Part shown: piece after piece, positions 47,095-57,354 of the stretch | Layout: each line of letters begins with the position of its first letter | Position numbering within the stretch: position 1 is the first letter of the stretch | Assembly: GCA_964587105.1 (NCBI GenBank) | Contig: CAZPKG010000001.1 | Location: 115,508-179,507 of the forward strand | Reading direction: 5' to 3' | Source of the DNA: an uncultured Alphaproteobacteria bacterium | GTDB lineage: Bacteria > Electryoneota > RPQS01 | DNA length: 64,000 bases | Made by a program: the position numbers and the translations under genes | Notes under the pieces: model-generated | Told to the model about the DNA's origin: nothing | Databases searched by the model: none | What the model saw: only the letters and a program-made list of their open reading frames with translations

Positions 47095-48084
47095 ATGAGC
47101 CGCGAAATTCACAATGTTATTATCATCGGCTCCGGCCCGGCCGGACTGACCGCCGCGATTTATGCCGGACGCGCTAACTTGAATCCCGTCGTGATTGACG
47201 GCATCCAGCCCGGAGGCCAACTCATGATCACGAGCGACGTCGAGAACTATCCGGGCTTTCCAGATGGCATCGAAGGCCCCGCCTTGATGGACCTCATGCG
47301 CCGTCAGGCCGAGCGATTCGGGACCAAGTATGTCGAAGACGAGGTGACCTCCCTTGACGTGACACAGCGGCCATTTAAGGTAAACCTCGGCTACTTGCCG
47401 TCTATGTATGCGCATACAGTGATTCTGGCGTCCGGGGCTTCTGCCAAGTGGCTTGGACTCGAGAGCGAAAAGCGATTGCAGGGTAAAGGTGTTTCCGCCT
47501 GCGCAACGTGCGACGGATTCTTCTTCCGTGGTAAAGTTGTGGCCGTCGTGGGTGGCGGTGACACAGCCATGGAAGAGGCGTCCTACTTGACACGTCATGC
47601 TTCAAAAGTTTATTTGATTCACCGTCGTGATTCGTTCCGCGCATCGAAGATTATGCAAGATCGCGTGCTGGAAAATCCCAAGATCGAAGTTATCTATAAC
47701 TCGGGAATTACTGAAGTTCTTGCAGAAGCAGGTGATACTCACGTCAACGGGTTGCGGATTAAGAACCTTGTTACGGGCGCAGAGACCACATTGCCGGTGG
47801 ATGGGTTCTTTGTTGCTATCGGCCATGAACCGAATACAAGAATCATTCGCGATATATTGAAAACCGACGAAAATGGTTACGTTCTGCATCATCCTGATTC
47901 GAGCTACACCGATATCGAAGGATTGTTTGTAGCCGGCGACGTGCATGATCATCACTACCGTCAGGCCATCACTGCCGCCGGCGCTGGCTGCATGGCGGCG
48001 ATTGACGCCGAACGCTGGCTCGAAATTGAAGCTCATGAAGGCCGCTTGAAAGCCGCCGAAGAGAAACTGTTCGCAACTGCATAA
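47095..48084 (+). CDS. trxB: Thioredoxin-disulfide reductase
   Basis: GSGPAG FAD motif, CATCDG redox-active disulfide, GGGD NADPH motif, 329 aa. Confidence 0.9.
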   Translation: MSREIHNVIIIGSGPAGLTAAIYAGRANLNPVVIDGIQPGGQLMITSDVENYPGFPDGIEGPALMDLMRRQAERFGTKYVEDEVTSLDVTQRPFKVNLGYLPSMYAHTVILASGASAKWLGLESEKRLQGKGVSACATCDGFFFRGKVVAVVGGGDTAMEEASYLTRHASKVYLIHRRDSFRASKIMQDRVLENPKIEVIYNSGITEVLAEAGDTHVNGLRIKNLVTGAETTLPVDGFFVAIGHEPNTRIIRDILKTDENGYVLHHPDSSYTDIEGLFVAGDVHDHHYRQAITAAGAGCMAAIDAERWLEIEAHEGRLKAAEEKLFATA

Positions 48085-48089
48085 ATAAA

Positions 48090-49493
48090 ATGGCCGCATC
48101 TGAATTTGATATCGTCGTCTTGGGCGGCGGACCCGGAGGATATGTCGCCGCAATTCGCGCCGCACAGCTTGGACTCAAGACATGCGTTGTTGATGAGCAA
48201 CCGCTCGGCGGAGTGTGCGTTAATTGGGGCTGTATTCCGTCGAAGGCGTTGCTGAAAGCTGCTGAACTCTACCAAGATATTCAGCACGTCGCGCCGCAAA
48301 TGGGCATTCACGCCAAGACCGAAGGCTTTGACTGGTCGAGGATTATTCAGCGCTCGCGCGAAGTTTCCGAAAAGAACTCGTCCGGCGTCGAGTTTCTTGT
48401 GCGAAAAAGCAAGATTCACCGGCCCGTCGGCCGATTTACGATTGTCGGCGACCACGAAATCGAAGTGCGCGATTCTAAGGACAAATCCAAGGTCATTGAC
48501 AATATCCGCGGCAAGCACATGATTATTGCCACGGGCAGCGTCAATCGTACTTTGCCCGGCGTGACAATGGATCGCAAGCGCATCATCACCTACATGGAAG
48601 CGATGTCGCTGGAAAAACAGCCGAAATCCTTGGTGATTGTTGGCGCGGGCGCAATTGGCTGTGAGTTTGCATATTTCTACCGCGCCTTGGGAACCGAAGT
48701 CACACTCGTTGAAGTTCAGCCGCGTATTCTGCCGCTTGAAGACAGCGAATCGAGTAAGTTCGTCGAAACTGCATTCAAGAAAATGGGCATGAACGTGTTG
48801 ACCAACACACGCGTTAGCTCAATTGTTGCCACAAATAGCGGCGTTTCCGTTCAGCTTGAAGGGCAGGACAAACCGATGAATGCCGACCATTGCTTAGTGG
48901 CTATAGGGTTTGCGGCAAACGTTGAGGGCTGGGGCTTTGACAAAACTGGCGTCGCGCTTGAACGCGGTTTTATCAAAGTTGATAGTTATTTCAAGACAAA
49001 TAAACCCGGCTACTATGCCATCGGCGACGTGATCGGCGCACCGCAGCTTGCTCACACCGCTTCGCACGAAGGTATCGTGTGCGTTGACGCGATTGCGGGA
49101 AAACATCCGCATCCAATAGACTATTCGAATAATCCGGCGTGCACATACTGCCAGCCGCAAGTTGCGAGCGTCGGTTATACCGAAGAGAAGTGTAAAGAGC
49201 TTGGACTCGAATACAAAGTCGGCAGATTTCCGTTCAGCGCATCAGGTAAGGCGCGCGCGATCGGTCATACCGACGGCCACGTGAAGCTTTTATTCGACAA
49301 GAAATATGGACAGCTGCTTGGCGCGCATATCGTCGGCTCGGAAGCGACGGAGATGATAGCACAACTCGCGCTGGCGCGTGTGTTGGAAGCGACCGCCGAA
49401 ACAATCTACAATACTGTTCACGCACATCCGACGTTGACTGAAGCGGTTATGGAAGCCGCCCTTGCTGCTGATGGTCGCGCCGTTCACATGTAA
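48090..49493 (+). CDS. lpdA: Dihydrolipoyl dehydrogenase
   Basis: GGGPGGY, GGVCVNWGCIPSK disulfide-active-site motif, HAHPTL.E C-terminal interface motif. Confidence 0.9.
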   Translation: MAASEFDIVVLGGGPGGYVAAIRAAQLGLKTCVVDEQPLGGVCVNWGCIPSKALLKAAELYQDIQHVAPQMGIHAKTEGFDWSRIIQRSREVSEKNSSGVEFLVRKSKIHRPVGRFTIVGDHEIEVRDSKDKSKVIDNIRGKHMIIATGSVNRTLPGVTMDRKRIITYMEAMSLEKQPKSLVIVGAGAIGCEFAYFYRALGTEVTLVEVQPRILPLEDSESSKFVETAFKKMGMNVLTNTRVSSIVATNSGVSVQLEGQDKPMNADHCLVAIGFAANVEGWGFDKTGVALERGFIKVDSYFKTNKPGYYAIGDVIGAPQLAHTASHEGIVCVDAIAGKHPHPIDYSNNPACTYCQPQVASVGYTEEKCKELGLEYKVGRFPFSASGKARAIGHTDGHVKLLFDKKYGQLLGAHIVGSEATEMIAQLALARVLEATAETIYNTVHAHPTLTEAVMEAALAADGRAVHM

Positions 49494-49547
49494 GACCATA
49501 ATTGCCGAACGTGAGCGCCTTCGCCCCGCCGGAATTGGAGCTTTATC

Positions 49548-49967
49548 ATGAAGTCAATTATTCTTGTTTCCTTGTTGTTTGCTGTGTCAATTGCTTTTGC
49601 TGAAGAGCATAGCGCCGGACCGCTGCTTGCACAAGCCACGCAATTTGATTCCAAGAATGCCGCCACGCGCGTCATGCCGCTTTACGAACAAGGCTGGAAT
49701 GAGGGCGCGCCTGTAGGAGATGCGCACTCTGGTAAACTCGGCTGGTTCGGATTGGGGTTGGTCGGAAATATTCCGTTCATTTGGCTGCCGTGGGTGGTTG
49801 AACCGCGCCGCCCCGCCAAGCCCCCCGTGCAAGCCGAAGAAGAATTTAAAAGCGGTTTCAAGAACGGACATCGAGCCGGATGGAAGAACGCGCACAAAGG
49901 GTTCTATATCGCGGGCGCAATAGTGTCCACTGCAGCGGCAGTAACCGTCGTCGCAACTCAGGAGTAG
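49548..49967 (+). CDS. Small exported or membrane protein of unknown function
   Basis: Signal peptide MKSIILVSLLFAVSIAFA. Two hydrophobic segments. No recognisable motif. Confidence 0.45.
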   Translation: MKSIILVSLLFAVSIAFAEEHSAGPLLAQATQFDSKNAATRVMPLYEQGWNEGAPVGDAHSGKLGWFGLGLVGNIPFIWLPWVVEPRRPAKPPVQAEEEFKSGFKNGHRAGWKNAHKGFYIAGAIVSTAAAVTVVATQE

Positions 49968-49968
49968 C

Positions 49969-50355
49969 ATGTTTCGTTTTGTCCCGCTCGTTTTCATGTT
50001 GGTAATTTTGATCGGCTGCAGCAAAGAAGAGGTCAAGAAAACACAGACCGCAACTCCACCGCAGGAGATGCAAAAGCGCGATCCAGCCTCCTTTGTTGAT
50101 GCAAATTTCTTGGGCAAACAATCGGTAAAGCGCGATGAAGTGAGACACGAGCTTGATTCGCTGCGCAGTGCTTCCGTAATTGACCGGAAACGCATCGCCG
50201 TGTTGATCAACCATCGCAAAGGCGAGTTGATGGCGCTGAAGAAAAATCTACGAGGAAGCACGCAGCTGACTCCGGCAGAGCGCGATTCACTGATTGCGCC
50301 GCTTGACGAAGAGTCTCTTGAATTGACGAACGACCTGATTGCGGTCGCGAAATAG
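49969..50355 (+). CDS. Small lipoprotein of unknown function
   Basis: MFRFVPLVFMLVILIGCSKEE lipobox. The remainder is predicted helical and charged. It starts 1 nt after the previous gene. Confidence 0.45.
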   Translation: MFRFVPLVFMLVILIGCSKEEVKKTQTATPPQEMQKRDPASFVDANFLGKQSVKRDEVRHELDSLRSASVIDRKRIAVLINHRKGELMALKKNLRGSTQLTPAERDSLIAPLDEESLELTNDLIAVAK

Positions 50356-50390
50356 CTACAGTTTTCGATAACAAACTTACTTCTTGATAC

Positions 50391-51857
50391 ATGGCTAAGA
50401 ACATCACCCCTCGCGAAAAGGACTATTCCGAGTGGTATCTCGATTTGGTTCGCGAAGCTAAACTTGCCGATTACTCGCCCGTCAAAGGCTGCATGGTAAT
50501 TCGTCCCAACGGTTATGCCATTTGGGAGGGAATCCAGAGGCAGCTTGACAAGATGTTCAAGGACACAGGACACGTCAACGCCTACTTTCCGATGCTAATT
50601 CCGCAGAGCTTTCTCGAAAAGGAAGCTGACCACGTGGAAGGGTTTGCAATGGAGTGTGCGGTGGTGACGCATTCGGGTCTTGAACCGGACGGCGCAGGGA
50701 AACTGAAACCGAAAGGCAAGCTCGAAGAGAACTATGTGCTTCGCCCGACTTCCGAGACGATTATCTGGTCAAAGTATAAAGATTGGATTCAAAGTTATCG
50801 CGATCTGCCGATTCTAATCAATCAGTGGGCGAACGTCTATCGCTGGGAAATGCGTACGCGTTTGTTCTTGCGCACGGCAGAGTTTCTTTGGCAAGAAGGT
50901 CACACGGCTCATGCGACCGCTGAAGAAGCAGTTGATGAGACGATCAAAATGCTGAACGTCTATCGGGACTTTGCCGAAAATTACATGGCGATGCCGGTCA
51001 TTTGCGGTCTGAAGAGCGAAGGCCAGAAGTTTCCCGGCGCGGTGAATACGTATTGCATCGAGGCTATGATGCAGGACAAGAAAGCTCTGCAAGCCGGTAC
51101 ATCGCACTTTCTGGGACAGAATTTTGCGAAAGCCTTCGATGTGCAATTCCAGACGGATCACAACACGTTGGATTACGTGTGGGCCACGTCGTGGGGAGTT
51201 TCAACGCGCTTGATTGGCGCAATTATCATGTGTCACGCCGATGACGACGGCGTCATTATTCCGCCAAAACTCGCGCAATGGCCGGTGATTTTTGTCCCGA
51301 TTGCCCGCAAAGAAGACGAACGTGCATCAGTTGGAGCCGCGATTGACAAACTGCGCGCCGATCTTAATTCCAAGAATATTGGTTCTCGAGTGGACGATCG
51401 CGACAACGTGACGCCCGGTTTCAAATTCGCTGAAGCGGAGATGTTCGGATATCCGCTGCGCGTCGAGCTTGGACCGCGCGATTTGGCGGCGGGCAATTGC
51501 ATCATCACGCTGCGACATAACCGTGAGAAGATCACGCTGCCGTTGGATACGGTTGCAAATGAAATCCCGAAACTGCTCGAGCGCGTGCAAAACGAACTGT
51601 TCGAGCAAGCCAAAGCGCGTATGATGGCCAGCATGAAGAAGATAGATTCCTACGAGGAATTCAAAGAATTCATTGCCGCTGATCAAGGATTCGCGCTCGT
51701 GCATTGGGCCGGCGATACTGCCGACGAAAAACGCATTCAGGAAGAGACGAAAGCAACTTTGCGCGTCATTCCAATGGACTGGGAGAAAGAATCCGGCACC
51801 TGTATGCTGACGGGCAAACCTTCTCCACAGCGCGTTGTTTTTGCAAAAGCATATTAA
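50391..51857 (+). CDS. proS: Proline--tRNA ligase (archaeal/eukaryotic-like type found in the FCB group)
   Basis: N-terminus [20 protein letters not shown]...GCMVIRP.GYAIWE...GHVNAYFP matches the Bacteroides-type ProRS. Class II motifs are present. Confidence 0.9.
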   Translation: MAKNITPREKDYSEWYLDLVREAKLADYSPVKGCMVIRPNGYAIWEGIQRQLDKMFKDTGHVNAYFPMLIPQSFLEKEADHVEGFAMECAVVTHSGLEPDGAGKLKPKGKLEENYVLRPTSETIIWSKYKDWIQSYRDLPILINQWANVYRWEMRTRLFLRTAEFLWQEGHTAHATAEEAVDETIKMLNVYRDFAENYMAMPVICGLKSEGQKFPGAVNTYCIEAMMQDKKALQAGTSHFLGQNFAKAFDVQFQTDHNTLDYVWATSWGVSTRLIGAIIMCHADDDGVIIPPKLAQWPVIFVPIARKEDERASVGAAIDKLRADLNSKNIGSRVDDRDNVTPGFKFAEAEMFGYPLRVELGPRDLAAGNCIITLRHNREKITLPLDTVANEIPKLLERVQNELFEQAKARMMASMKKIDSYEEFKEFIAADQGFALVHWAGDTADEKRIQEETKATLRVIPMDWEKESGTCMLTGKPSPQRVVFAKAY

Positions 51858-51907
51858 CATCTGGTCTTGGGTCCCGGGTAGATAAACCCGCATTGCGGAG
51901 GTGCTTC

Positions 51908-52573
51908 ATGTTTAGAGCTTCTCGTTCCGCACAATTAGTTTTTGGACTTTTGGTATTTGCAGCAATTGCGAATGCCCAAAATGTATCCAACGGCCTCTCG
52001 TGGGGCTTCACGCGCACGTACTGGGACGGCACATGGTATGAAGACGGTTATGCAGGTGCTGGAACAGGCGGCAACATGATTAGCTTCAGACGCGAAATGC
52101 CGATGAACAATCAGACGCGCATCAACGTCATGGGTAGCTACAGTTGGCTGCGGCACACGACGACGACGTTGCTTGAGCCGGTGATTATCGACCCGTTGAC
52201 CGATGAAGTGATTTCCGGCGGCATGATGGCCACGCGCACAGATCACACCTACTTCCGTGAAATTGAGTTGGCCGCGCACATTCACCAGTATCTCGACAGC
52301 GAAGGCCATTCAACATTCTACATCGGTGGCGGCCCGTCCGCCCGTTGGGGTTCAGCAGGTATTCGTGAGGAACATTCACGCAAATCAGATTTTCACACCA
52401 AGGCCGCGTGGTTCGGATTGTCTGCGCTTGTGGGAATGCGCCAGCAGTGGGCCGACGATGGGCTGGTAACTTTTTTCGAGCCGCGATTGCTGTGGAGTCC
52501 CGATCCTTCCGATCGTTTTCAAGAAACTTTCCCGCCCGTCAACTTGATTGTCGCGATGGGCGTACTCTGGTAA
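51908..52573 (+). CDS. Secreted hypothetical protein, possibly a small outer-membrane beta-barrel
   Basis: Track ORF 51704..52573 overlaps proS. An internal ATG at 51908 has a GGAGGTG RBS and gives the signal peptide MFRASRSAQLVFGLLVFAAIANA. The C-terminal residue is aromatic (W). Confidence 0.5.
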   Translation: MFRASRSAQLVFGLLVFAAIANAQNVSNGLSWGFTRTYWDGTWYEDGYAGAGTGGNMISFRREMPMNNQTRINVMGSYSWLRHTTTTLLEPVIIDPLTDEVISGGMMATRTDHTYFREIELAAHIHQYLDSEGHSTFYIGGGPSARWGSAGIREEHSRKSDFHTKAAWFGLSALVGMRQQWADDGLVTFFEPRLLWSPDPSDRFQETFPPVNLIVAMGVLW

Positions 52574-53147
52574 TCTTACATTGACTGACACAGAAACACA
52601 AGCTGCCGAGCGCGAACAGCCCGATGGGCTCGTGCTGATCAACACGGGGGACGGCAAGGGGAAAACCACGGCGGCGCTCGGAACGGTTCTGCGCGCCGTA
52701 GGCTATGGCCATCACGTGCTAATTGTCCAGTTTATCAAAGGCAGTTGGACATATGGCGAGATGAAGTCCATCAAGCGGCTTGAACCGGAAGTGGAATTTC
52801 ATCGCATGGGCAAAGGCTTTGTCGGCATTATTGACGACAACTTGCCGCGCGAGGCGCATGAACAAGCCGCCAAAGATGCGCTTGAGTTTGCGATTGAGAG
52901 AATGAAATCCGGCGACTACCAGCTTGTTCTTCTGGATGAGATTTTTGTCGCCGTGATGCTGAATCTGTTGACCGTTGCGGACCTGCATCGCGTGCTCGAT
53001 GAACGTCCGAAACATACTACTCTGATCTTGACGGGGCGCGGGGCTCCGACAGAAATACTCGAACGCGGGGACACCGTGACCGAGATGAAAGAAATCAAAC
53101 ACGCCTACCAGCGCGGGATTCTTGCCCAACGCGGGGTGGATTACTGA
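52548..53147 (+). CDS. cobO: Cob(I)yrinic acid a,c-diamide / cob(I)alamin adenosyltransferase (CobO/BtuR family)
   Basis: GDGKGKTTAALG P-loop-like motif, VQFIKG and LDEI signatures. Start is TTG at 52548 or 52581. Confidence 0.8.
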   Translation: MSRWAYSGNLTLTDTETQAAEREQPDGLVLINTGDGKGKTTAALGTVLRAVGYGHHVLIVQFIKGSWTYGEMKSIKRLEPEVEFHRMGKGFVGIIDDNLPREAHEQAAKDALEFAIERMKSGDYQLVLLDEIFVAVMLNLLTVADLHRVLDERPKHTTLILTGRGAPTEILERGDTVTEMKEIKHAYQRGILAQRGVDY

Positions 53148-53149
53148 CC

Positions 53150-55144
53150 TTGAGCGAAATAAAAGAAAAAAATAATTCACCGAAAAAACCGCAGCCGGCC
53201 GGAGTCAAGAAATTCAATTTTTCACTCTGGTATCTCGTTGCGGTCTTGCTTGCTCTATTCATCGCGCAGGCCTACATGGGCGGCCAGCACTTTGAAAAGC
53301 TGTCATATTCGCGCTTCAAAGAGCTGTTGAACGATGACAAGATCAAGAACGTCGTCATTACGCAGGAGAATATTCGCGGCGATGCGATGATGGACTCCGC
53401 CGGAGTTCAAGTGCAGACTCCGTTTGAAGTCGTGCGCGTCGAAGACCCTGATTTGGTTAAGCAGCTTGAAGAGAAGAAAATCAGTTTCGAGGGCCGTTTT
53501 GACTCGGATTGGTTGAAAGGCTTCTTCTTTGCATGGATATTGCCACTTGGAATTATCATTCTGCTGTGGAGCTTCCTAATTCGCCGCATGGGCGGAGGGG
53601 GCGGCGCGGGCGGATTGATGTCATTTGGCAAGTCACGCGCGAAAGTTTATGTCGAGAGTTCAACCAAAATCAACTTCAGCGATGTTGCCGGAATTGACGA
53701 GGCCGTCGAAGAACTGAAAGAGGTCGTGGACTTTTTGAAACACCCTGCGAAGTTCCGCGCGCTTGGCGCGCAGATTCCCAAAGGTGTGATGTTAGTCGGC
53801 CCTCCGGGGACGGGCAAGACGCTGCTTGCGAAAGCTGTCGCAGGTGAAGCGAATGTACCGTTCTTCTCGATCTCCGGTTCCGACTTCGTGGAAATGTTTG
53901 TCGGTGTCGGCGCGGCGCGTGTGCGCGACCTATTTGCACAAGCGCAGGCAAAAGCCCCGTGCATCGTGTTTATTGATGAGCTTGACGCATTGGGTAAAGC
54001 GCGCGGAGCAAATCCGTGGGCCAGCCATGACGAGCGTGAACAGACGTTGAATGCGTTGTTGGTCGAGATGGACGGCTTTGAAAGTTCAAAGGGCGTCATC
54101 ATCATGGCGGCCACGAACCGTCCGGAAATACTCGATATGGCCTTGATGCGTCCGGGCCGCTTCGACCGTCAAGTCGTGGTTGATCCACCGAACATTGATG
54201 GCCGCGAAGCGATTCTCCGTGTGCACTCAAAAGGTAAGAAGTTCGCCAAAGACGTCAACCTGCGCGTCATCGCGGCGCGTACACCGGGATTTGCCGGAGC
54301 GGATTTAGCCAACTCGATCAATGAAGCCGCGCTGCTCGCTGCACGTCGCGGGAAGAAAGAAGTCGGGATGCGCGAACTCGAAGAGGCCATCGATCGCGAA
54401 ATGACCGGACTTGAGCGCCGCAGCCGTGTGATGACTCCCAAAGTCAAAGAGAAAATTGCCTATCACGAATGCGGGCACGCCTTAGTCGGAGCGAAGCTTC
54501 CCAATACCGATCCGATCCACCGTGTTTCGATTATTCCACGCGGCACCTCGACGCTTGGTCATACGCTCTATCTGCCCTCTGAAGAACAGATTCTTATCAC
54601 CAAGCAAGAGATTGTCGATAAAATCAAAGTAGCGTTAGGCGGACGAGCGGCCGAAGAGTTAATCTACGGTGAAGTCTCGTCGGGAGCCTACAGCGATCTG
54701 CAACAGGTCACCGGCATGGCGCGCGCGATGGTGATGGATTACGGCATGTCTGATAAACTCGGCCAGGTTGTCTATCGCAAACGCGGCGGCGGTCGTGATA
54801 ATCCCTTCCAAGCACAGGACGATTACTACGGCGAGAAAACCGCTGAGACAATCGATCATGAAGTCCGTCAAATAATCGATACCTGCTACGACGAAGCCAA
54901 ACGGTTGCTGTCGGAAAATCTCGACGTGTTGAAGAATATGACCACCGAATTGCTCAAGGTCGAAATCCTTGAGGGAGATGCGTTGGCGGAATTCCTCGGC
55001 AAAGACCGCATCACCGATTTCGCTGCGCACATGAAGGACGGCAAAGGCCCCATCGTCGAAGAGGCTGCAAAGTCCGAAGACGACACACCTTCCGTCGAAG
55101 AAGAAGACCCTAACGTCGGACACAAACTCGACCGCGAAGGTTGA
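53150..55144 (+). CDS. ftsH: ATP-dependent zinc metalloprotease FtsH
   Basis: N-terminal transmembrane region, AAA Walker A GPPGTGKT, Walker [12 protein letters not shown], and HEAGHAL-type zinc motif (HECGHAL). TTG start. Confidence 0.9.
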   Translation: MSEIKEKNNSPKKPQPAGVKKFNFSLWYLVAVLLALFIAQAYMGGQHFEKLSYSRFKELLNDDKIKNVVITQENIRGDAMMDSAGVQVQTPFEVVRVEDPDLVKQLEEKKISFEGRFDSDWLKGFFFAWILPLGIIILLWSFLIRRMGGGGGAGGLMSFGKSRAKVYVESSTKINFSDVAGIDEAVEELKEVVDFLKHPAKFRALGAQIPKGVMLVGPPGTGKTLLAKAVAGEANVPFFSISGSDFVEMFVGVGAARVRDLFAQAQAKAPCIVFIDELDALGKARGANPWASHDEREQTLNALLVEMDGFESSKGVIIMAATNRPEILDMALMRPGRFDRQVVVDPPNIDGREAILRVHSKGKKFAKDVNLRVIAARTPGFAGADLANSINEAALLAARRGKKEVGMRELEEAIDREMTGLERRSRVMTPKVKEKIAYHECGHALVGAKLPNTDPIHRVSIIPRGTSTLGHTLYLPSEEQILITKQEIVDKIKVALGGRAAEELIYGEVSSGAYSDLQQVTGMARAMVMDYGMSDKLGQVVYRKRGGGRDNPFQAQDDYYGEKTAETIDHEVRQIIDTCYDEAKRLLSENLDVLKNMTTELLKVEILEGDALAEFLGKDRITDFAAHMKDGKGPIVEEAAKSEDDTPSVEEEDPNVGHKLDREG

Positions 55145-55155
55145 TATCAACCAAT

Positions 55156-55172
55156 TTCGCAAATTGCGAAAC
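55156..55172. promoter_or_regulatory. Perfect 17-bp palindrome TTTCGCAAATTGCGAAA followed by four TTTGCG direct repeats in the promoter region of the 55318 gene
   Basis: Read from the sequence. TTTGCG recurs at roughly 13-20-nt spacing through about 55250. Confidence 0.35.
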
Positions 55173-55317
55173 CCGATTTGCGACTGGCGTGCAGTTTGCG
55201 TGGTTGATTTGCACCAGAGCGTTCAAATTTATTTAGTTTGCGCTCCGCAACACCCTTAAAACCGTGGGCACAACCCTTGCCCAAAGTATGAACACACAAG
55301 CCGAAGGATGACGAACA

Positions 55318-55875
55318 ATGTTGCCGCTGATTCTGTTGACTCTACTCTGCACCGCCGCATTTGCCGATGACAAAACGCCCGTGCAAATCAATTTCAATCT
55401 CGTGCAGGTCAACAAATATGATGCTCAGGATGCTGTATTAGAGGATATACAGACTCCCGGGCAGCGCATCGTGATTGACGTGGCTAATGGCGAGACGATG
55501 CTGCAATACCTTGCAGCCGCCGCCAAGGTGCCCGTCAAGGTGCGGCAGTACACCGTCTCAGGACCCGGAAGCTCAACCGAGTTCTGTATCGTGGATTGGG
55601 AGACGCATCAAGTCATCTATGCGCCCAGCGGCGCGGATTCGTTCAAAGTGAGTGCTTCCCGTACGGGCTGTCCCGGCACGGAAGTAGGTCCTTCGGTGGC
55701 GGTATCGTTCGCGTCAAAGGGCGGCTGGAGCGACCCGATTCGCTTCGGTCCTTTGACCTCGAACACCACATGCCCCCTCGGCCACGGCTTCACGCTCGAA
55801 GTCGCCGGACAGGGCACACAACCGCCGCGTATCAAACTTGTGGAAGCAGGTTCGTCCATGTTGGGTAAACGATAG
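55318..55875 (+). CDS. Secreted hypothetical protein
   Basis: AAGGA RBS. Signal peptide MLPLILLTLLCTAAFA. No recognisable motif. Confidence 0.5.
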   Translation: MLPLILLTLLCTAAFADDKTPVQINFNLVQVNKYDAQDAVLEDIQTPGQRIVIDVANGETMLQYLAAAAKVPVKVRQYTVSGPGSSTEFCIVDWETHQVIYAPSGADSFKVSASRTGCPGTEVGPSVAVSFASKGGWSDPIRFGPLTSNTTCPLGHGFTLEVAGQGTQPPRIKLVEAGSSMLGKR

Positions 55876-55903
55876 GGTGCTGAAGCTGACACTTGGAAAA
55901 GAA

Positions 55904-55943
55904 GAAGCGGGCGATGAGAAATCATCGCCCGCTTCGTTTGTCT
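55904..55943 (+). terminator. Rho-independent terminator GAAGCGGGCGATGA-gaaa-TCATCGCCCGCTTC-GTTTGTCTG
   Basis: 14-bp perfect stem plus T-rich tail. Confidence 0.75.
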
Positions 55944-56067
55944 GATTATGTAGGGGCGGATGGCAATCCGCCCGCGCCAAGCCACATCGAAATTCGTCGG
56001 CACTTTGTCATCCTGAACGAAGTGAAGGATCTCGCCAAGCAACCCAACAAATAAAGGTGTCACCACA

Positions 56068-56169
56068 AACGAATGACCGCCGAGCCGGGTTAAGGTCCTC
56101 CGCAACCCGGCCGGAATCTGCCTGTTCGCCGAGCGGGGATTAAGCGTAGCGGTTCCCCGCCGGAATCTC
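56068..56169 (-). repeat. Two tandem units of a structured REP-like element (56126..56169 and 56068..56119), positioned 3' of the PD40/T9SS gene
   Basis: Each unit is CGCCGAG-C-stem-TTAAG-loop-stem'-(G/C)CCGGAATCT. The stems differ but remain complementary: GGGGA/TCCCC versus CCGGGTT/AACCCGG. Confidence 0.55.
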
Positions 56170-57331
56170 ATTTCAGCAAGACCACCTTCCGCATCTCCGC
56201 CCGACCTCCCGCTTCCGCCCGCACAAAATAGATCCCACTGGCCAGCCCCGCAGGCGCACGATACGAAATCGTAGAGTTCGTAAGCCGCCCCCGATTGATC
56301 ACATCCACCTCGCGCCCCAATAAATCATAGAGAGCAACCGTCGTCTCCTGATGAGGCGGAATTGTGAGCGAGATGGATAACGTTGAGTTGAAAGGGTTTG
56401 GGTAAGCGGAAAGAGAAAATGAAGATGAAATTAGTGATCGCTCATGTGCCGAAGATACAATTCTCCTCGCCTGATACAAGCGAGCAGCACCCGTCGGATT
56501 AATGCGCCTGCTGTCAAAAACCAAGTATCTTCCATCTGAAGGACAGCTCGGGCTGTTGTCCCACGGTGGAGTGTTGATTGTCGAGTCACATCGAATCGCT
56601 GGCCCAAACCCTGTGTCGTTTCGCACCGCATAGAAGATATCAAAGTGTTCTCCGCCATACATACCGAAAACCAATGTATTTCCAAAATCAGTTAGACACG
56701 GGTGGTAAGAAGGGTTCAACGCATTTAGGTGCGCGGCGAGCGGGAGCGTTTCAGACCAACTATTATCCAGTTGTAGACGACTAGTGAACATCGCTTCCTC
56801 AAAATGTCCTGGCTGGCCTGTTGAAGTGAATACCAATGTCGAGTCATCAAATGATATCTGTCCTGTGAATTCACGCCCCCTGTTAATTGGATCAGGCAAG
56901 GCCTCTCCAACCGTCCAGTCATCCCAATCCGGCCCAGTCCGATAGGAGACGAAGAAATCGTAGGAGACACCTGTCCATTTCACATAATAGAGGCGTTGCC
57001 GATCAGAAGTAATTGAAGGACTCAAATTGCGCGCTTCATTGTTTACATTCGGCCCAGCATTTACCGGACGAGTCCAAGTTGAATCATCAATTCGCTCGGA
57101 AATATACACGTCGTCGTCACCGTATTGACCGGGGAAAATGGTCATACACAATACTTGACCGTCCGCAGAAATTGTTGAATAATAGTAACTTCCCGGTGGA
57201 TCAACGTTGATCGGAGGCCTCAAAAGCACCGGTTCCGTCCACTGCCCCTGCGTTATTTGATTCGCACCCAAAAACAAAAAAGCGAATCCCACCCACCCGA
57301 GACTTCGGAATATGAATGAGATTCGCTTCAT
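56168..57331 (-). CDS. PD40/TolB-like beta-propeller protein with T9SS CTD
   Basis: Signal peptide. PD40 motifs (SPSITSDRQRLYY, SCPSDGRYLVFDSRR). C-terminus ...AYPNPFNSTLSISL...GIYFVRAEAGGRAEMRKVVLLK. Confidence 0.7.
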   Translation of the reverse strand: MKRISFIFRSLGWVGFAFLFLGANQITQGQWTEPVLLRPPINVDPPGSYYYSTISADGQVLCMTIFPGQYGDDDVYISERIDDSTWTRPVNAGPNVNNEARNLSPSITSDRQRLYYVKWTGVSYDFFVSYRTGPDWDDWTVGEALPDPINRGREFTGQISFDDSTLVFTSTGQPGHFEEAMFTSRLQLDNSWSETLPLAAHLNALNPSYHPCLTDFGNTLVFGMYGGEHFDIFYAVRNDTGFGPAIRCDSTINTPPWDNSPSCPSDGRYLVFDSRRINPTGAARLYQARRIVSSAHERSLISSSFSLSAYPNPFNSTLSISLTIPPHQETTVALYDLLGREVDVINRGRLTNSTISYRAPAGLASGIYFVRAEAGGRAEMRKVVLLK

Positions 57332-57354
57332 AATCGTGCGAAATTGAAAGGTTG

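Noticed and set aside
49587-50573. 328-aa minus-strand ORF spanning the two small exported genes and the proS start
   Set aside because: It overlaps the conserved proS N-terminus on the other strand. The plus-strand small ORFs have clean signal peptides and tight spacing. The minus ORF is low-complexity with no motifs.
51704-51907. Upstream extension of the 51908..52573 gene (track ORF starts at 51704)
   Set aside because: The extension overlaps the conserved proS C-terminus. The internal ATG at 51908 has a GGAGGTG RBS and yields a proper signal peptide.
55617-56171. 184-aa minus-strand ORF running through the terminator and REP-like region
   Set aside because: It crosses a strong terminator and the tandem hairpin elements and overlaps the 3' end of the plus-strand secreted gene. 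It has no start context or motifs. The region is better explained as non-coding structured DNA or RNA.
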